A DNA stretch of 64,000 bases from Candidatus Deferrimicrobiaceae bacterium (GCA_963792415.1 CAWBVY010000005.1:57889-121888); one strand, 5' to 3'. Numbered from the stretch's first letter, positions 11,758 to 23,052 are shown. Numbers and translations are program-made. Notes: generated from the sequence alone by a model not told the origin.

Positions 11758-12644
11758 CAGAAGAAGTCCACCCACGCCGTGAAGGCCCGGAACGCCTCCA
11801 GGGAGAGAAGCCCCCGGTGGATCCACACGGCCACCGCGAGCACCGCCGCACCCCACAACGCCATCCGGATCGCGTCGAACCGGCGCCGGACTGCGATCTC
11901 GTCGCGCAGCCGCTTGACGGGATCGACACGGTCGCCGGCCTCCGCCACGGAGACCTCGATCAGCCCGCGCTGGAGGAGGGCGGCCAGGCCCTTGATCCCC
12001 TCGAATCCCGTGAGGCACGCTTTCCGGCAGACCCGGTCGGGGTCGTTTGAGAAGTCGAGGGCCTTCCAGAGAACCCTCTCCACCTCGGAGAAGGCGTACG
12101 GGTCTACGCGCTCCCCCTTCTTCCGCGCCACGGTAAAATCGCCTGGGGGAAATATCCCGCGATAACGAGGGTATTCGTCAAGATATTGCATCCCCTCCAT
12201 CAGGAGCACATCCGGGCGAATCGGTTCCCCTCCCCACGCGGAGGGACGCACGGCGAATCCCTCGAACCGGTACTCCCCCTCGCGGAAAGTGAGAACGTCG
12301 AAGAGGCACTCCTTGACCTGCAGGACGAGGTACCGGGCAAGGACCTCCTTCGATACCTTCCCCTTCTCGACCAGGATTTCGCCGACCTTCTTCCCGCCCG
12401 CTCCCTGGGAAGGGAGGACCCTCCTGAGATCCGAGTCCGTCAGGATCCCCGCGTCCCGGAGCATCGTGCCGAGGAGGGATTTTGGTTCCCGGCGGTCCGG
12501 CTGGACGTCGACGATCCTTCCCTCCGAGAAGAGAAAAACCGTCACGCGATCGTTCCCGGAGATCGCGAGGGATCCGCTCTTCCCCTGAGAGGAGACGAGC
12601 TGGAAGATATCCGGGATGCTGAAGTCGGCGATCTTCCCCTGCAC
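11757..12644 (-). CDS. DUF4388-domain protein with C-terminal TM helix
   Basis: QGKIADFSIPDIFQLVSSQGKSGSL...F.EGRIV...EGEYRF pattern. Confidence 0.78.
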
Positions 12645-12646
12645 CG

Positions 12647-14566
12647 CTACAGCCTTTCCCCGGAGACGTTGTGACGCAACTGGAGGTTCTCGAACGAGCG
12701 CCATCCCCAGGCGGCCCCGAAGAGCCAGAGAACCGCGACCGTCGCCAGTGCCGCCCTTGAGATATCGGTCTGCATGTCGCCGATCAGGCCGCCTGCCAGC
12801 TTTCCGGCGCCCCACGACACGGTGAACAGGCCGGCGGCCAGGGAGAGGAGGAAACCGTACAGCATGGTCCGGAACTCCTTCCCCGCCCAGAGGGCCCCGG
12901 CCCCCGGAAACAGGACGGAGCAGGCACGGACGTACCGCCGGTGCAGGGAAATGCTCAACCCCCGCAATTCGCGCTCCCCCCCGCCCCTGATCCCCTTGCC
13001 GATCTGCGCGCGGCACGCGTTGCAGATGTCGACGGTTTCGCGGCTCCTGACGACCAGCGTGCCGGCGCCGCACGAACGGCAGACGCTGCTCACCCAGATT
13101 TTCCGGGAGAGAAGTTTCCACAGCGCCGTCCAGGCCAACCCGGCCGCCAGGAGCGCCATGACCCATCCCCCGGGAACGGGGCGGAAGAACAGGTTGTGAA
13201 ACGCGCTCCTCCGGGCCTCCAGAAACCACTCGTCCCGCACGGTGAACAGACTCCTCCATATGTCTTCGACCCGCAGCGGCGCGGCGACCAGTTCCCCGTG
13301 GGTCATCTCCTCGGCGCGGTAGTCGAAGGGGACAAGGCCGCGGATTCCGGCCCAGGCGGCCGGCTGGATCCGGGAGGCCTGCGCCAGCCGGAACTCCTGC
13401 AGGTACACCTGGTAGGCGTTCCATTGGGCCCTGCCGCCTGCCGGGCTGAGTGAAGCCGCGGTTTCGAAATCGGCGAGCCCTTCCTCCGTCTTTCCGAGGC
13501 GGACCCGGACGATCCCGCGGTTGTTGTACGCGTCGGCGGATTCCCCTCCCTCTGCGATCAGTTCGGTCCAGAGCGCCTCCGCCGCCCGCAGGTTCCCCCC
13601 CTCCATCTCGGACCGGGCGCGGGCGAACTGCGCCATCCGCTCCCATTCCGCCCCGCTCAGCACCCCTCCCCCGGCATTCCCGGAGATCGGACTGCCCCGG
13701 TAGGAGTACCCCTCTCCCCCCATCCATCCCCCCTGCCGCGCCGTTCCCGCCATCGGGTGAATCGCCTGGAGGAAGCCGCCGGAAACGAAGACGGCGGCCA
13801 GCAGCAGGATCGCCGTCCCCCCGATCACGAGCTCGCCGCGGCGCAGGTACGGGATCGAGAGGACGACCCAGAGGACCGCCGCCGCCGCGATCCCGGCCCG
13901 GCACGCGACCGGAGCCGCAAAAACCGAGAGGACGATCCCGGAGGCGAAGATCTCCGGCCGGGGGAAGCCCTTGAGGAGGCGGGCAACGTCCAAGGTAAGC
14001 GCGGGGAGCGCCCGCAACAGGAGATTGAGCGACGCCCAGATCGCGAACCAGCACGCCGAGGCCGAGGCGAAGAGAACGAACCACACGGCGTGCCCGAGCA
14101 GCCCGGGACCGTACTGGCGAAGCGCTCCCAACAGCCCTTCGACGTCAAAGAGGAACTCCTCGAGCCGGAACCGCGCCACGTCCTCCCAGGCAAGCCAGGT
14201 CCAGAGAGGGACGGAGAGCGGCGCAACGCGCGTGACCGCCCTCATCGACTCGTACGACCCGCGTTTCCACCCCTCCCGGACCGCACGGTCGAAGATCCGG
14301 TCCGGAACGGCGTTCATGGACAGGATCGCGTTGTCGAACATCGCGCGCCGAAGCGCGCGGACCTCCAGTTCCAGCGCCTCCCCCTTGCCGGGGCCTGCCG
14401 CCTGGACGACGCGGATCGCCTGTCGGCGAACCGGTTCCGGATATCCGGGAAACAGGCCCCCCGCGGCCAGGCGGGAGGGGTCAAGAGGAATCAGGATCAG
14501 GAGGAAGAGCGCGAATCGCGCCCACGACCTCCGGGATCGGTTGGAAACCCGTCGGGTCATAACCAT
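12647..14566 (-). CDS. Membrane protein with TPR repeats and a CxxC...CxxC motif
   Basis: Several TM segments, AYNNRGIVRVRLG TPR, CRSC...CNAC. Confidence 0.75.
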   Translation of the reverse strand: MVMTRRVSNRSRRSWARFALFLLILIPLDPSRLAAGGLFPGYPEPVRRQAIRVVQAAGPGKGEALELEVRALRRAMFDNAILSMNAVPDRIFDRAVREGWKRGSYESMRAVTRVAPLSVPLWTWLAWEDVARFRLEEFLFDVEGLLGALRQYGPGLLGHAVWFVLFASASACWFAIWASLNLLLRALPALTLDVARLLKGFPRPEIFASGIVLSVFAAPVACRAGIAAAAVLWVVLSIPYLRRGELVIGGTAILLLAAVFVSGGFLQAIHPMAGTARQGGWMGGEGYSYRGSPISGNAGGGVLSGAEWERMAQFARARSEMEGGNLRAAEALWTELIAEGGESADAYNNRGIVRVRLGKTEEGLADFETAASLSPAGGRAQWNAYQVYLQEFRLAQASRIQPAAWAGIRGLVPFDYRAEEMTHGELVAAPLRVEDIWRSLFTVRDEWFLEARRSAFHNLFFRPVPGGWVMALLAAGLAWTALWKLLSRKIWVSSVCRSCGAGTLVVRSRETVDICNACRAQIGKGIRGGGERELRGLSISLHRRYVRACSVLFPGAGALWAGKEFRTMLYGFLLSLAAGLFTVSWGAGKLAGGLIGDMQTDISRAALATVAVLWLFGAAWGWRSFENLQLRHNVSGERL

Positions 14567-14599
14567 TTATGCTAACATCCTTCTGGAGAAAAAACTCTC

Positions 14600-15373
14600 G
14601 TGGACGAATTCCGGAAATTGGTGGAGATCATGGCCCGCCTTCGCGCGAAGGGAGGGTGCGAGTGGGACCGTGCCCAGACCCACGAAACGCTTCGCCAATA
14701 TCTCGTGGAAGAGACGCACGAAGTGATCGATGCGATCCGCGGCGGGAGCCCGGATTCCCTGTGCGAGGAACTCGGGGACCTTCTCCTGCAGATCCTGTTC
14801 CACGCGCAGATCGCCTCCGAAAACGCGCAGTTCGATATCAACGACGTGATCGCCTCCATCTCGGAGAAGATGATTCGCCGGCACCCTCACGTCTTCGGGG
14901 ACGCCACCGCCGACACGCCCGACGCTGTATCGCGGCAGTGGGATCATATCAAGAAAACGATCGAGAACCGTTCCCATGAATCGATTCTCGGGGGGATCCC
15001 GAAAGAGTTCCCCTCCCTTCTCCGTGCGGCGAAGATGTCGAAAAAGGCGGCAAAGGCGGGGTTCGACTGGGAACGGACGGAGCAGGTGGTGGGAAAGGTC
15101 GAAGAGGAGCTGTCGGAACTGAAAGAGGCGATGGCGGAGGGGGATCCGGCCCACACGGAGCACGAACTCGGCGATCTCCTCTTCTCCCTGGTGAATCTTG
15201 CCCGGTTTCTCGGCCTGAACGCCGAGGTGGCGATGCTGTCCGTCAATGAGCGCTTCGAGCGCCGGTTTCGGGAGATGGAAAAAATCGCAGCGGAAACGGG
15301 AGGTTCTATCGAGGATGCCGATATGGACACCTTGGATCGCCTCTGGGAGATGGCGAAGAAGTCGACTACCTGA
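14600..15373 (+). CDS. mazG: Nucleoside triphosphate pyrophosphohydrolase MazG
   Basis: GCEWD..QT, EELGDLL, KMIRRHPHVF, GFDW, ELGDLLF. Confidence 0.95.
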   Translation: MDEFRKLVEIMARLRAKGGCEWDRAQTHETLRQYLVEETHEVIDAIRGGSPDSLCEELGDLLLQILFHAQIASENAQFDINDVIASISEKMIRRHPHVFGDATADTPDAVSRQWDHIKKTIENRSHESILGGIPKEFPSLLRAAKMSKKAAKAGFDWERTEQVVGKVEEELSELKEAMAEGDPAHTEHELGDLLFSLVNLARFLGLNAEVAMLSVNERFERRFREMEKIAAETGGSIEDADMDTLDRLWEMAKKSTT

Positions 15374-15384
15374 ACGTACCGGCG

Positions 15385-15430
15385 TTTTCCACATCCTTTG
15401 TGGATTGTCTGTGGATTCTCCTGTGGAAAT
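15385..15430. promoter_or_regulatory. Cluster of four DnaA-box-like 9-mers
   Basis: TTTTCCACA (15385), TGTGGATTG (15399), TGTGGATTC (15410), TGTGGAAAT (15422) compared with consensus TTWTNCACA. Confidence 0.55.
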
Positions 15431-15575
15431 TCCCCTTCGCCCGTGTCCGGAAGGGACCTCTGTCAGATTGCCTTAATTTTGGGCATCCCGGATTCGTACC
15501 CGATGCGCCGGCGCACCGGGACTTACCATCCTGCTGCGTCGCCTCGGAGGGCGGGACTCCGTTCGAGGGAGGGCG

Positions 15576-15756
15576 CCCCACTCCCGTACGATGTACCCTC
15601 CCTGGGGTACCCCCACTGTAATAAGAACGGGGGGCACCCCACTCCCGGATATATTGCACTCCCTGGGGTACCCCACCGTAGGAAGAACGGGGGCACCCCA
15701 CTCCCGTACGAAATGCGCTCCCTGGGGTACCCCCACTGTAATAAGAACGGGGGGCA
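15576..15756 (+). repeat. Three tandem copies of a 59-61 bp repeat with a GGGGTACCCC palindrome
   Basis: Units 15576-15636, 15637-15695, 15696-15756; consensus CCCCACTCCCG-N11-CTCCCTGGGGTACCCC(C)ACYGTARKAAGAACGGGGG(G)CA. Confidence 0.95.
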
Positions 15757-15763
15757 TATTTCT

Positions 15764-15792
15764 TTGACTTAATCGCTCCGATGGTGTTAAAT
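15764..15792 (+). promoter_or_regulatory. Putative sigma70 promoter of rpsT
   Basis: TTGACT-17 bp-TTAAAT upstream of SD AAGGAGG and a TTG start. Confidence 0.55.
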
Positions 15793-15836
15793 ACCTGATT
15801 ACTGAAATCACCGAACGGATCGCAAGGAGGCACAGG

Positions 15837-16106
15837 TTGGCAAGGATCAAGTCCGGGATCAAGCGTCACAAGCAGAGCCTGAAAGCAAGGGCCCGCAACC
15901 GCCACGTCCGCTCCACCGTGAAGACCGCCGTCAAGGAAGTCCGGTCCGAGATCGCCGGGGGAACCGGGGAGAAGAGCGCCGAACTGCTGCGAAAAGCCAC
16001 TTCCGTCCTCGAGCGCGCCGGATCGAAGGGCGTCCTTCACAAGAAGACAGCGTCCCGCAAAGTCTCGCGATTGGCGAAGGCCGTCCACAAGGCGACGAAG
16101 AAGTAA
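15837..16106 (+). CDS. rpsT: 30S ribosomal protein S20
   Basis: ARIKSGIKRHKQS...RNR...KGVLHKKTASRKVSRL. Confidence 0.96.
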   Translation: MARIKSGIKRHKQSLKARARNRHVRSTVKTAVKEVRSEIAGGTGEKSAELLRKATSVLERAGSKGVLHKKTASRKVSRLAKAVHKATKK

Positions 16107-16190
16107 CCTAGCGCCCCGTTTCATAAATACGGCAACGAATTCAAAGAGCGATCCCTCCGGCGGCGACTCCGCCGCAGGACCTTCCCGTTG

Positions 16191-16251
16191 TGTCCCCCGT
16201 TTTTCCTACTGCGGGGGTACCCCAGGGAGCGTATTTCGTATGGGAGTGGGG
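16191..16251 (-). repeat. Inverted single copy of the ~60-bp repeat
   Basis: Reverse complement CCCCACTCCCATACGAAATACGCTCCCTGGGGTACCCCCGCAGTAGGAAAAACGGGGGACA matches the units at 15576-15756. Confidence 0.93.
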
Positions 16252-16269
16252 CGTACGCCTTCCGTACAC

Positions 16270-17190
16270 TTAGCGCAGCAGCGAAAGCAACCGGATCTCG
16301 TACACCTGCGCGGGGGAGAGCCTGCTCTCCCCTTTCATCTCCCGGTCGATCCGTGACAGGGCCCGAAAGATCTCCGCGGCCCGTCGCGGCGTGACCCCTC
16401 CCGCTCTCCCCTTCCCCTGGATCCTGCTTCGAAGGAACCACGCCACCGCCCCGTTCAGTTTGTGATAATCGTCGGGTTCCGCCGCCGCCGCGAAGCGACG
16501 CAACAGGGAGAGGCACCCCTTCGCGTCCTTCCGAACGAGCGTCTCCGCCAGCCGGAACGGATCGACGTCCCCCCGGGCGACACACACCGCCCGGATGTCT
16601 TCCTCGACCACTTCCCCGCGGCCGGCGGCAAACGCCAGAACCTTGCCGATCTCCGCGTCGAGGGCATCGAAGGAGACCCCCACCCACCGCGCGAGAAAGA
16701 GCGCCGATTCCCGCGTGAGCTTCGCACCCCCTTCGGCGGCGAAGGCAACCGCATGACGCGCCAGCGCCTCGACCGCCTTCTCTTCCCGTGGGGCGTCCGA
16801 AAGGAGGTTCCGGGCGCCCGAGAACCCGCGCGCCTGCCGGAAATCGGTCCCGTGGAGGATCAGCATCGCGGAAGGCTCCGGGGATTCCAGATACGCCTTG
16901 ATCTCCTCCCGGTGCGCCTTCTTCATCTCCGCGATGTCGGGGAGCGTGAAGATCCGCATGCGGGAGAAGAAAGACGGAGAGCGCCACGCAGCGGTGGGGG
17001 ATTCACGGGCGAGATCCTCGAGCGTCCACCGGAACGACTCGATCGGGACCCCCTCGCCACGCAGCTTCCTCTCCCAGGCCCTCGCGAGGAGCCCTGCGAG
17101 ACCGGCCCCGTCTCCGTAAAGGAGGTATGCGGGGGCGGGATCCCCGGAGAGCCACTCCCTGAAGATCGGGGGAGGATCGGCCGGGTTCAA
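16270..17190 (-). CDS. holA: DNA polymerase III delta subunit
   Basis: PAYLLYGD N-terminus, ~306 aa, conserved leuS-lptE-holA-rpsT synteny. Confidence 0.8.
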   Translation of the reverse strand: MNPADPPPIFREWLSGDPAPAYLLYGDGAGLAGLLARAWERKLRGEGVPIESFRWTLEDLARESPTAAWRSPSFFSRMRIFTLPDIAEMKKAHREEIKAYLESPEPSAMLILHGTDFRQARGFSGARNLLSDAPREEKAVEALARHAVAFAAEGGAKLTRESALFLARWVGVSFDALDAEIGKVLAFAAGRGEVVEEDIRAVCVARGDVDPFRLAETLVRKDAKGCLSLLRRFAAAAEPDDYHKLNGAVAWFLRSRIQGKGRAGGVTPRRAAEIFRALSRIDREMKGESRLSPAQVYEIRLLSLLR

Positions 17191-17696
17191 AGGAGCACGC
17201 GGAGGGTCTGGGACAGGCGGACGGCCATCCGCCGGACGACCTCCTCGAAGGCGGCGCGCCGGTTGGCCTCGATGTACTGCGCGTCCGTTCCCGAAAAGTA
17301 GGAAGCGGTCTCGGTCAGGCCGGACTCCTTCCAGAGGACTCCTCCCCGGAGGACCTCGATCACCCGGATGTCCACCACCAGGGTAAGGCGGTTCTCGAGC
17401 GAGAACCGGTCCGCGCCTTGGGAGAAGATGTCCGAACGGATCTCCCGCACCGTACCCTGGACCAGGTAGTCCGCGCCGATGTTTCCGAAATTCCCCCGGA
17501 AGCCGCTTCGGCGAAGCTCCTCGCGAAAGCGCGCGGCGATTACGGCGCCGGCGTCGGGCGTCGTGGAACGGTTCGCGAAGGGGGAGACGTCCATCCGCAC
17601 CGAAGGATCCGTGAATCGCGTCGACCCGGACTCGAGGCGGTATCCGCACCCCGCGACCGCGGAGAGGAGCGCCAGCACGATGAGGATCCGTTTCAT
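17187..17696 (-). CDS. lptE: LPS assembly lipoprotein LptE
   Basis: Lipobox VAGC-GY, PFANRS; lies between leuS and holA. Confidence 0.85.
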   Translation of the reverse strand: MKRILIVLALLSAVAGCGYRLESGSTRFTDPSVRMDVSPFANRSTTPDAGAVIAARFREELRRSGFRGNFGNIGADYLVQGTVREIRSDIFSQGADRFSLENRLTLVVDIRVIEVLRGGVLWKESGLTETASYFSGTDAQYIEANRRAAFEEVVRRMAVRLSQTLRVLL

Positions 17697-20273
17697 TCAG
17701 GAAACGACGATGCTGAAAAGTTTGCCGGGAACGTAGACGGTCTTCCGGATTTCCCTGCCCGCCGTGTACTCCCGGACCTTCGGGTCGGCCATCACCCGCT
17801 CGCGGACCTCGTCCTCCCCGGCCCCGGCGCCGACGGTCAGCTTCGACCGCACCTTCCCGTTGACCTGGACGACGACCTCGATCTCCTCCTCCCGCGCGAC
17901 GTCGGCGTCGGCTGCGGGCCAGGGCCGGGAGCAGAGGAGGCCCTTCCCTCCGATCCGCTCCCAGAGCTCCTCGCCCATATGCGGCGCGAAGGGAGAGAGC
18001 ATGTGAAGCAGGATCTCGACCGCCTCGCGAAGCGCGGCGACCGACGCTGGGCGTTCCCAGGCGGCCCCGGGAACGAGGTAGAGGAAATTCACCATCTCCA
18101 TGACGGCGGAGATCGCCGTGTTGAAGTGGGACCGGTCCTCGATGTCGGCGGTGACCTTGATCAGCGTCCGGTGGGTCACCTGGCGGATGGCGCGGACCTC
18201 CCCGGAATCGTCCCACGCGGCCGGGGCGTCCGCGATCGCCTTCGCGCGGGGCGCGATCAGCCGATGGATGCGGTTGAGGAACCGGAACGCCCCCTCCACC
18301 CCCTGCTCGTTCCAGTCGAGGTCTTTTTCCGGCGGGGCCGCGAAGAGGATGAAGAGCCGGGCCGTGTCGGCACCGTAGCGCTCGATCAGCGACGAGGGCT
18401 CGACGACGTTCCTCTTCGACTTCGACATTTTCATCGACCGCCCGACGTCGACCGCCTCGCCGCACTGGCGGCACGCCCCTTTCTCGTCGACCTCCTCCGG
18501 GTACCTCCAGCCGTGCTTGGGGCACTCGGCGGTCTGCATGCAGACCATCCCCTGGGAAAGGAGACGCTCGAACGGCTCGTTTCCCGGGGCCAGCCCCTTG
18601 TCGCGAAGATACTTGTGGAAGAAGCGGGCGTAGATGAGGTGCATGCAGGCGTGCTCCACCCCCCCCACGTACTGGTCCACGGGCGCGAACCGGCGCACCT
18701 TTTCCGGGTCGAGCGGCGCGCGGTCGTTCTTCGGGTCGATGTACCGCAGGAAGTACCAGGAGGACTCGACGAAGGTGTCGAACGTGTCCGTCTCCCGCCG
18801 GCCGGGTTTTCCGCAGGAGGGGCACGGCACGCGAAGCCAATGCTCCGCGCCGGCCAGCGGGTTCCCGCGCTCCCGCGTGTACGGGAGGTCCTCCGGAAGC
18901 ACCACCGGAAGGTCCTTCTCCGGAACGGGGACGATTCCGCACGCCTCGCAATGGATCACCGGGATCGGACAACCCCAGTACCGCTGCCGGCTGACGCCCC
19001 AGTCGCGAAGACGGTACTGGATCGTCCCGCGGCCCAGCCCCTTCCCCTCAAGGTGAAGGGTGATCGCCCTCTTCCCCTCTTCGCTCGGGATCCCGTCGAA
19101 CGCACCGGAGCCGACCAGTCGCCCCGGCCCCTCGTGCGCCGCGATCATCGTCGCAGGATCGAGCGCCTCCCCCTCGGGCTGCACGACGACCGTCACCGGC
19201 AGGCCGTACTTGCGGGCGAACTCGAAGTCGCGCTGGTCGTGGGCCGGCACCGCCATCACCGCGCCGGTGCCGTAGTCGTACAGGACGAAGTTGGCGGCGT
19301 AGACCGGGATCCGGCTCCCCGTGGCGGGGTTCACGCAATACCCCCCGGTGAACACCCCCTCCTTCACGAGGTCCTCGCTCGTCCGGGCGACCCGGTCCTG
19401 GCCCGCCACCCGGTCTACGAACTCCCGCACCTCGAGCTCCCTGCCGGCCCGTTTCGCGAACTCCATCACCATCGGATGCTCGGGGGCCATGCTCATGAAC
19501 GTGGCGCCGAAGAGCGTGTCGGGCCGCGTCGTGAACACCGTGACGTCCCCCCCCGCCCCGTCGACGGGAAAGCGGATCTCCGCCCCCTCGCTGCGGCCGA
19601 TCCAGTTGCGCTGCATCTCGAGAATGTTCGCCGGCCACCGGCCCTCCAGCTCCGCGTGTCCGGAGAGCAGCTCCTCGGCGTATTTCGTGATGCCGAGGAA
19701 CCACTGGTCGAGCTCCTTCTGGGCCACCGGCGTCTGATCGTGGATGAAGCACGTCCCGTCGCCGTTCACCTGCTCGTTGGCGAGCACGGTCTGGCACTCT
19801 CCGCACCAGTTGAGCGTGGCGCGTTTCCGGTACGCGAGGCCGTCCCGGAGCATCCAGAGGAAGAAGAGCTGCTCCCATTTGTAATATTCCGGGGAACAGG
19901 TCGCGAACTCGCGCTCCCAGTCGTAGGAGATCCCCATCTCCTTCAACTGGTCCCGCATGAAGGCGATGTTCTCCCACGTCCATTTCGCCGGGTGCGTCCC
20001 GTGCCGGTGCGCGGCGTTTTCGGCGGGCAGCCCGAAGGCGTCCCAGCCGATCGGGTGAAGGACCTGGAACCCCTGCATCCGCTTGAAGCGCGCGAGGAGG
20101 TCGCCGATCGTGTACACCCGCACGTGCCCCATGTGGATCCGGCCGGAAGGGTACGGGAACATCTCGAGGCAGTAATATTTCGGCGCGGACAGCTCGTCCG
20201 GGCACCGGGACACGCCGGCCTCGTCCCATCTCCGCTGCCACTTCCGCTCGATCTCCCGCGGGTTGTACTTCAC
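17697..20273 (-). CDS. leuS: Leucine--tRNA ligase
   Basis: [33 protein letters not shown]. Confidence 0.98.
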   Translation of the reverse strand: MKYNPREIERKWQRRWDEAGVSRCPDELSAPKYYCLEMFPYPSGRIHMGHVRVYTIGDLLARFKRMQGFQVLHPIGWDAFGLPAENAAHRHGTHPAKWTWENIAFMRDQLKEMGISYDWEREFATCSPEYYKWEQLFFLWMLRDGLAYRKRATLNWCGECQTVLANEQVNGDGTCFIHDQTPVAQKELDQWFLGITKYAEELLSGHAELEGRWPANILEMQRNWIGRSEGAEIRFPVDGAGGDVTVFTTRPDTLFGATFMSMAPEHPMVMEFAKRAGRELEVREFVDRVAGQDRVARTSEDLVKEGVFTGGYCVNPATGSRIPVYAANFVLYDYGTGAVMAVPAHDQRDFEFARKYGLPVTVVVQPEGEALDPATMIAAHEGPGRLVGSGAFDGIPSEEGKRAITLHLEGKGLGRGTIQYRLRDWGVSRQRYWGCPIPVIHCEACGIVPVPEKDLPVVLPEDLPYTRERGNPLAGAEHWLRVPCPSCGKPGRRETDTFDTFVESSWYFLRYIDPKNDRAPLDPEKVRRFAPVDQYVGGVEHACMHLIYARFFHKYLRDKGLAPGNEPFERLLSQGMVCMQTAECPKHGWRYPEEVDEKGACRQCGEAVDVGRSMKMSKSKRNVVEPSSLIERYGADTARLFILFAAPPEKDLDWNEQGVEGAFRFLNRIHRLIAPRAKAIADAPAAWDDSGEVRAIRQVTHRTLIKVTADIEDRSHFNTAISAVMEMVNFLYLVPGAAWERPASVAALREAVEILLHMLSPFAPHMGEELWERIGGKGLLCSRPWPAADADVAREEEIEVVVQVNGKVRSKLTVGAGAGEDEVRERVMADPKVREYTAGREIRKTVYVPGKLFSIVVS

Positions 20274-20692
20274 GCCGATCCCTCCGCCATTGTCTTCTTC
20301 CGCACGATTCCCGAGATCCTGTCGAGAATCCCGTTGATGAAGGCCCCGGACTCCTCGGAGCCGAACCGCTTGCCGAGCTCGACCCCCTCGTTGATCGCCA
20401 CCGCGACCGGGATGTCGCTCCCCGGGGAGAGCTCGTACGCCCCGAGGCGCAGGATATTCCGGTCCACGAGCGTCATTCTTTCGACCCGCCAGTGCTCCGC
20501 CGCCTCCCCGATAAGGGCATCGATCTCCTCGATGCGGCCCCAGACACCGCGCACCGCCTCCTCGTAGTAGCGCGGGTCGGAGGGAGGATCGGAGGACAGC
20601 GCGAAAAGGGGGATGGCCTCGTCCGGGCCAACCCCGAGCGCGTCCATCATGAAGAGGGTCTGGAAAACCTTCTCCCGGGATTCCCTGCGCAC
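20270..20692 (-). CDS. nusB: Transcription antitermination factor NusB
   Basis: RRESRE, DRNILRL, VAINE, FINGILD. Confidence 0.93.
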   Translation of the reverse strand: MRRESREKVFQTLFMMDALGVGPDEAIPLFALSSDPPSDPRYYEEAVRGVWGRIEEIDALIGEAAEHWRVERMTLVDRNILRLGAYELSPGSDIPVAVAINEGVELGKRFGSEESGAFINGILDRISGIVRKKTMAEGSA

Positions 20693-20723
20693 GAAAGCTT
20701 CGCTTTCCCCGGGATCGTCCCGA

Positions 20724-21185
20724 TCACATCTTGCGGAGCAGGCTGACCATCTCGAGGGCGGACTGGGCCGCCTCGGCCCCCTTGTTCCCCGCCTTCGTGC
20801 CGGCGCGTTCGATGGCCTGCTCGACGGTGTCCGTCGTGAGCACGCCGAACGAAACGGGGATTCCCGTCTCCAGCATCACGTGGGCGACCCCCTTGGTGAC
20901 CTCTGCGCTCAGGTAGTCGAAGTGCGGGGTTCCTCCCCGGATCAGCGCACCGAGCGCGATGACCGCGTCGACCTTCTGTCCGGCCGCCCGCCGGACCCCC
21001 AGCGGAATTTCGAAGGAGCCCGGGACCCGGACGACGGTGATCCCCTTCTCCTCCACGCCGTGCCGCCGGAGAGCGTCCAGCGCACCTTCGAGCAGCCTGT
21101 CGGTGATGAAGCTGTTGAACCTCGAGACCACGATCGACACCTTGACTCCCTGCCCCTGCAGATCCCCTTCGATCACCCGCACCAT
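20724..21185 (-). CDS. ribH: 6,7-dimethyl-8-ribityllumazine synthase
   Basis: [26 protein letters not shown]. Confidence 0.96.
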   Translation of the reverse strand: MVRVIEGDLQGQGVKVSIVVSRFNSFITDRLLEGALDALRRHGVEEKGITVVRVPGSFEIPLGVRRAAGQKVDAVIALGALIRGGTPHFDYLSAEVTKGVAHVMLETGIPVSFGVLTTDTVEQAIERAGTKAGNKGAEAAQSALEMVSLLRKM

Positions 21186-21194
21186 CGTCCCCTC

Positions 21195-22400
21195 CTACTC
21201 CATGTTCAGGATGTGGCCCATCTTCTTCTTCTTGGTTCGAAGGTACCGGACGTTCGCCTCGTTCGGCGCGATCTCGATCGGCACCCGCTCGATCATCTGC
21301 AGGCCGTAGCCCGACAGGCCGATGATCTTTTTCGGGTTGTTCGTGAGGAGCCGGATCTTGCGGACCCCGAGGTCCACCAGGATCTGCGCCCCCACGCCGT
21401 AATCCCGCAGGTCGGGCTTGAACCCGAGCCGCTCGTTCGCCTCGACGGTGTCGAACCCCTTGTCCTGCAGGTTGTAGGCGCGGATCTTGTTCTCGAGCCC
21501 GATCCCCCGCCCTTCCTGGCGCATGTAGAGAAGGATCCCCGTCCCCTCCGCCTCGATTCGCCGGAGGGTGCTGCGCAGCTGCTCGCCGCAATCGCACCGC
21601 ATCGAACCGAAGACGTCGCCGGTCAGGCACTCGGAATGGACGCGCACGAGGATCGGTTCCTCGGACCGGATCTCCCCCTTGACGAAGGCGATGTGGGTGT
21701 CGCCGTTCAGCGCGTTGGCGTAGGTGTAGGCGGTGAACTCGCCGCCGATCTTCAGCGGCATCCGGGCTTCCCCGATGCGCTCCACCAGCCGCTCGCCGTG
21801 CATCCGGTACTCGATCAGGTCCTTGATGGAGACGATCCGGAGATTGTGCTCCGCGGAGAACCGCTCGAGATCGGGCATCCGCGCCATCGTCCCGTCGTCG
21901 TTCATGATCTCGCAGATCACCCCGGCGGGAACGCACCCGGCGAGACGCGCGAGGTCGACCGACCCTTCCGTCTGACCCGTCCGGACCAGGACTCCGCCCT
22001 TCCGGGCAATGATGGGGAAGACGTGACCCGGGCGGACCACGTCTTCCGGCCTGGCGGTTTCCGCGATGGCGGTCCGGATCGTCGTGGCCCGGTCGTGCGC
22101 CGAGATGCCGGTGCTCACGCCGCGGCGCGCCTCGATCGAGACGGTGAAGGCGGTGCCGAACGCCGAGGAGTTGTCGTGCACCATCGGGGGAAGCTGCAGC
22201 GCCTGCGCCTTCTCCTCGGTGATGCTGAGGCAGATGAGCCCGCGCCCGTGACGGGCCATGAAGTTGATCGCCTCGGGGGTGACGAACTCCGCCGCGAGGG
22301 TCAGGTCGCCTTCGTTCTCACGGTCCTCGTCGTCCACGAGGACGACCATCCTGCCGGCGCGGATGTCGCCGAGGGCCTCCTCGATCTTCGAAAACGGCAT
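21195..22400 (-). CDS. ribBA: Bifunctional DHBP synthase / GTP cyclohydrolase II
   Basis: [35 protein letters not shown]. Confidence 0.97.
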   Translation of the reverse strand: MPFSKIEEALGDIRAGRMVVLVDDEDRENEGDLTLAAEFVTPEAINFMARHGRGLICLSITEEKAQALQLPPMVHDNSSAFGTAFTVSIEARRGVSTGISAHDRATTIRTAIAETARPEDVVRPGHVFPIIARKGGVLVRTGQTEGSVDLARLAGCVPAGVICEIMNDDGTMARMPDLERFSAEHNLRIVSIKDLIEYRMHGERLVERIGEARMPLKIGGEFTAYTYANALNGDTHIAFVKGEIRSEEPILVRVHSECLTGDVFGSMRCDCGEQLRSTLRRIEAEGTGILLYMRQEGRGIGLENKIRAYNLQDKGFDTVEANERLGFKPDLRDYGVGAQILVDLGVRKIRLLTNNPKKIIGLSGYGLQMIERVPIEIAPNEANVRYLRTKKKKMGHILNME

Positions 22401-22416
22401 CCCGTCCCCGCCCTTC

Positions 22417-23052
22417 CTACGAATATCCGTGATCTTTCAGAAAATCGAGCGTGACGCCGCCCCCCCCGCCTTCCAGGCTCTTGAGGACGTATTTCCCGAC
22501 GATGTCGGTTTCGAGGTTGACCCGCTCCCCTGCCCGCACGACTCCAAGCGTCGTCCGCTCGAGGGTGGTCGGGATGATGGCCAGTTCGAATCCGTCCCGG
22601 CGGGCGGCGCTGACCGTGAGACTGACTCCGTCGACGGTGACCGCCCCCTTGTAAACCATGAACTTCATTATAGAAGGATCCGCCTGGATATGGAATACCC
22701 GGGCTTCCCCCAGCGGGCGGATTTCCCGGATCACGCCGGTCCCGTCCACGTGGCCGTAGACGATATGGCCTCCCAGCCGCCCCGACAGGGTGAGCGCCCG
22801 TTCCAGGTTGACCTTCGACCCGGGGCCCATACCGCCGAGCGTCGTCTTCGAGAGCGTCTCCTTCGAGACGTCCGCGGTGAAGGTCCCGGCCCCCTTCCGC
22901 GTCACCGTCAGGCAGACCCCCGAGACGGAGACGGAGTCCCCCTCGCGGATCGTCTCCATCGACAAATTCGTCGCCACCGTGATCGCCGTGCCCGCGCGCA
23001 GCGGAGACAGGGAGGCGACCGTCCCGACGTCTTCTACGATTCCGGTGAACAT
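22417..23052 (-). CDS. ribE: Riboflavin synthase (alpha chain)
   Basis: [29 protein letters not shown]. Confidence 0.95.
   Translation of the reverse strand: MFTGIVEDVGTVASLSPLRAGTAITVATNLSMETIREGDSVSVSGVCLTVTRKGAGTFTADVSKETLSKTTLGGMGPGSKVNLERALTLSGRLGGHIVYGHVDGTGVIREIRPLGEARVFHIQADPSIMKFMVYKGAVTVDGVSLTVSAARRDGFELAIIPTTLERTTLGVVRAGERVNLETDIVGKYVLKSLEGGGGGVTLDFLKDHGYS

Noticed and set aside
15576-15756. CRISPR array interpretation of the tandem repeat
   Set aside because: The variable segments are only ~11-13 nt and resemble each other, there are no unique 30-40 nt spacers, and no cas genes are in the window.
15366-16124. ORFs crossing the repeat array (15366-16124 -, 15398-15772 +, 15473-15862 -)
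   Set aside because: Their repeated peptides are translations of the DNA repeat in shifting frames, and they overlap rpsT or its promoter.
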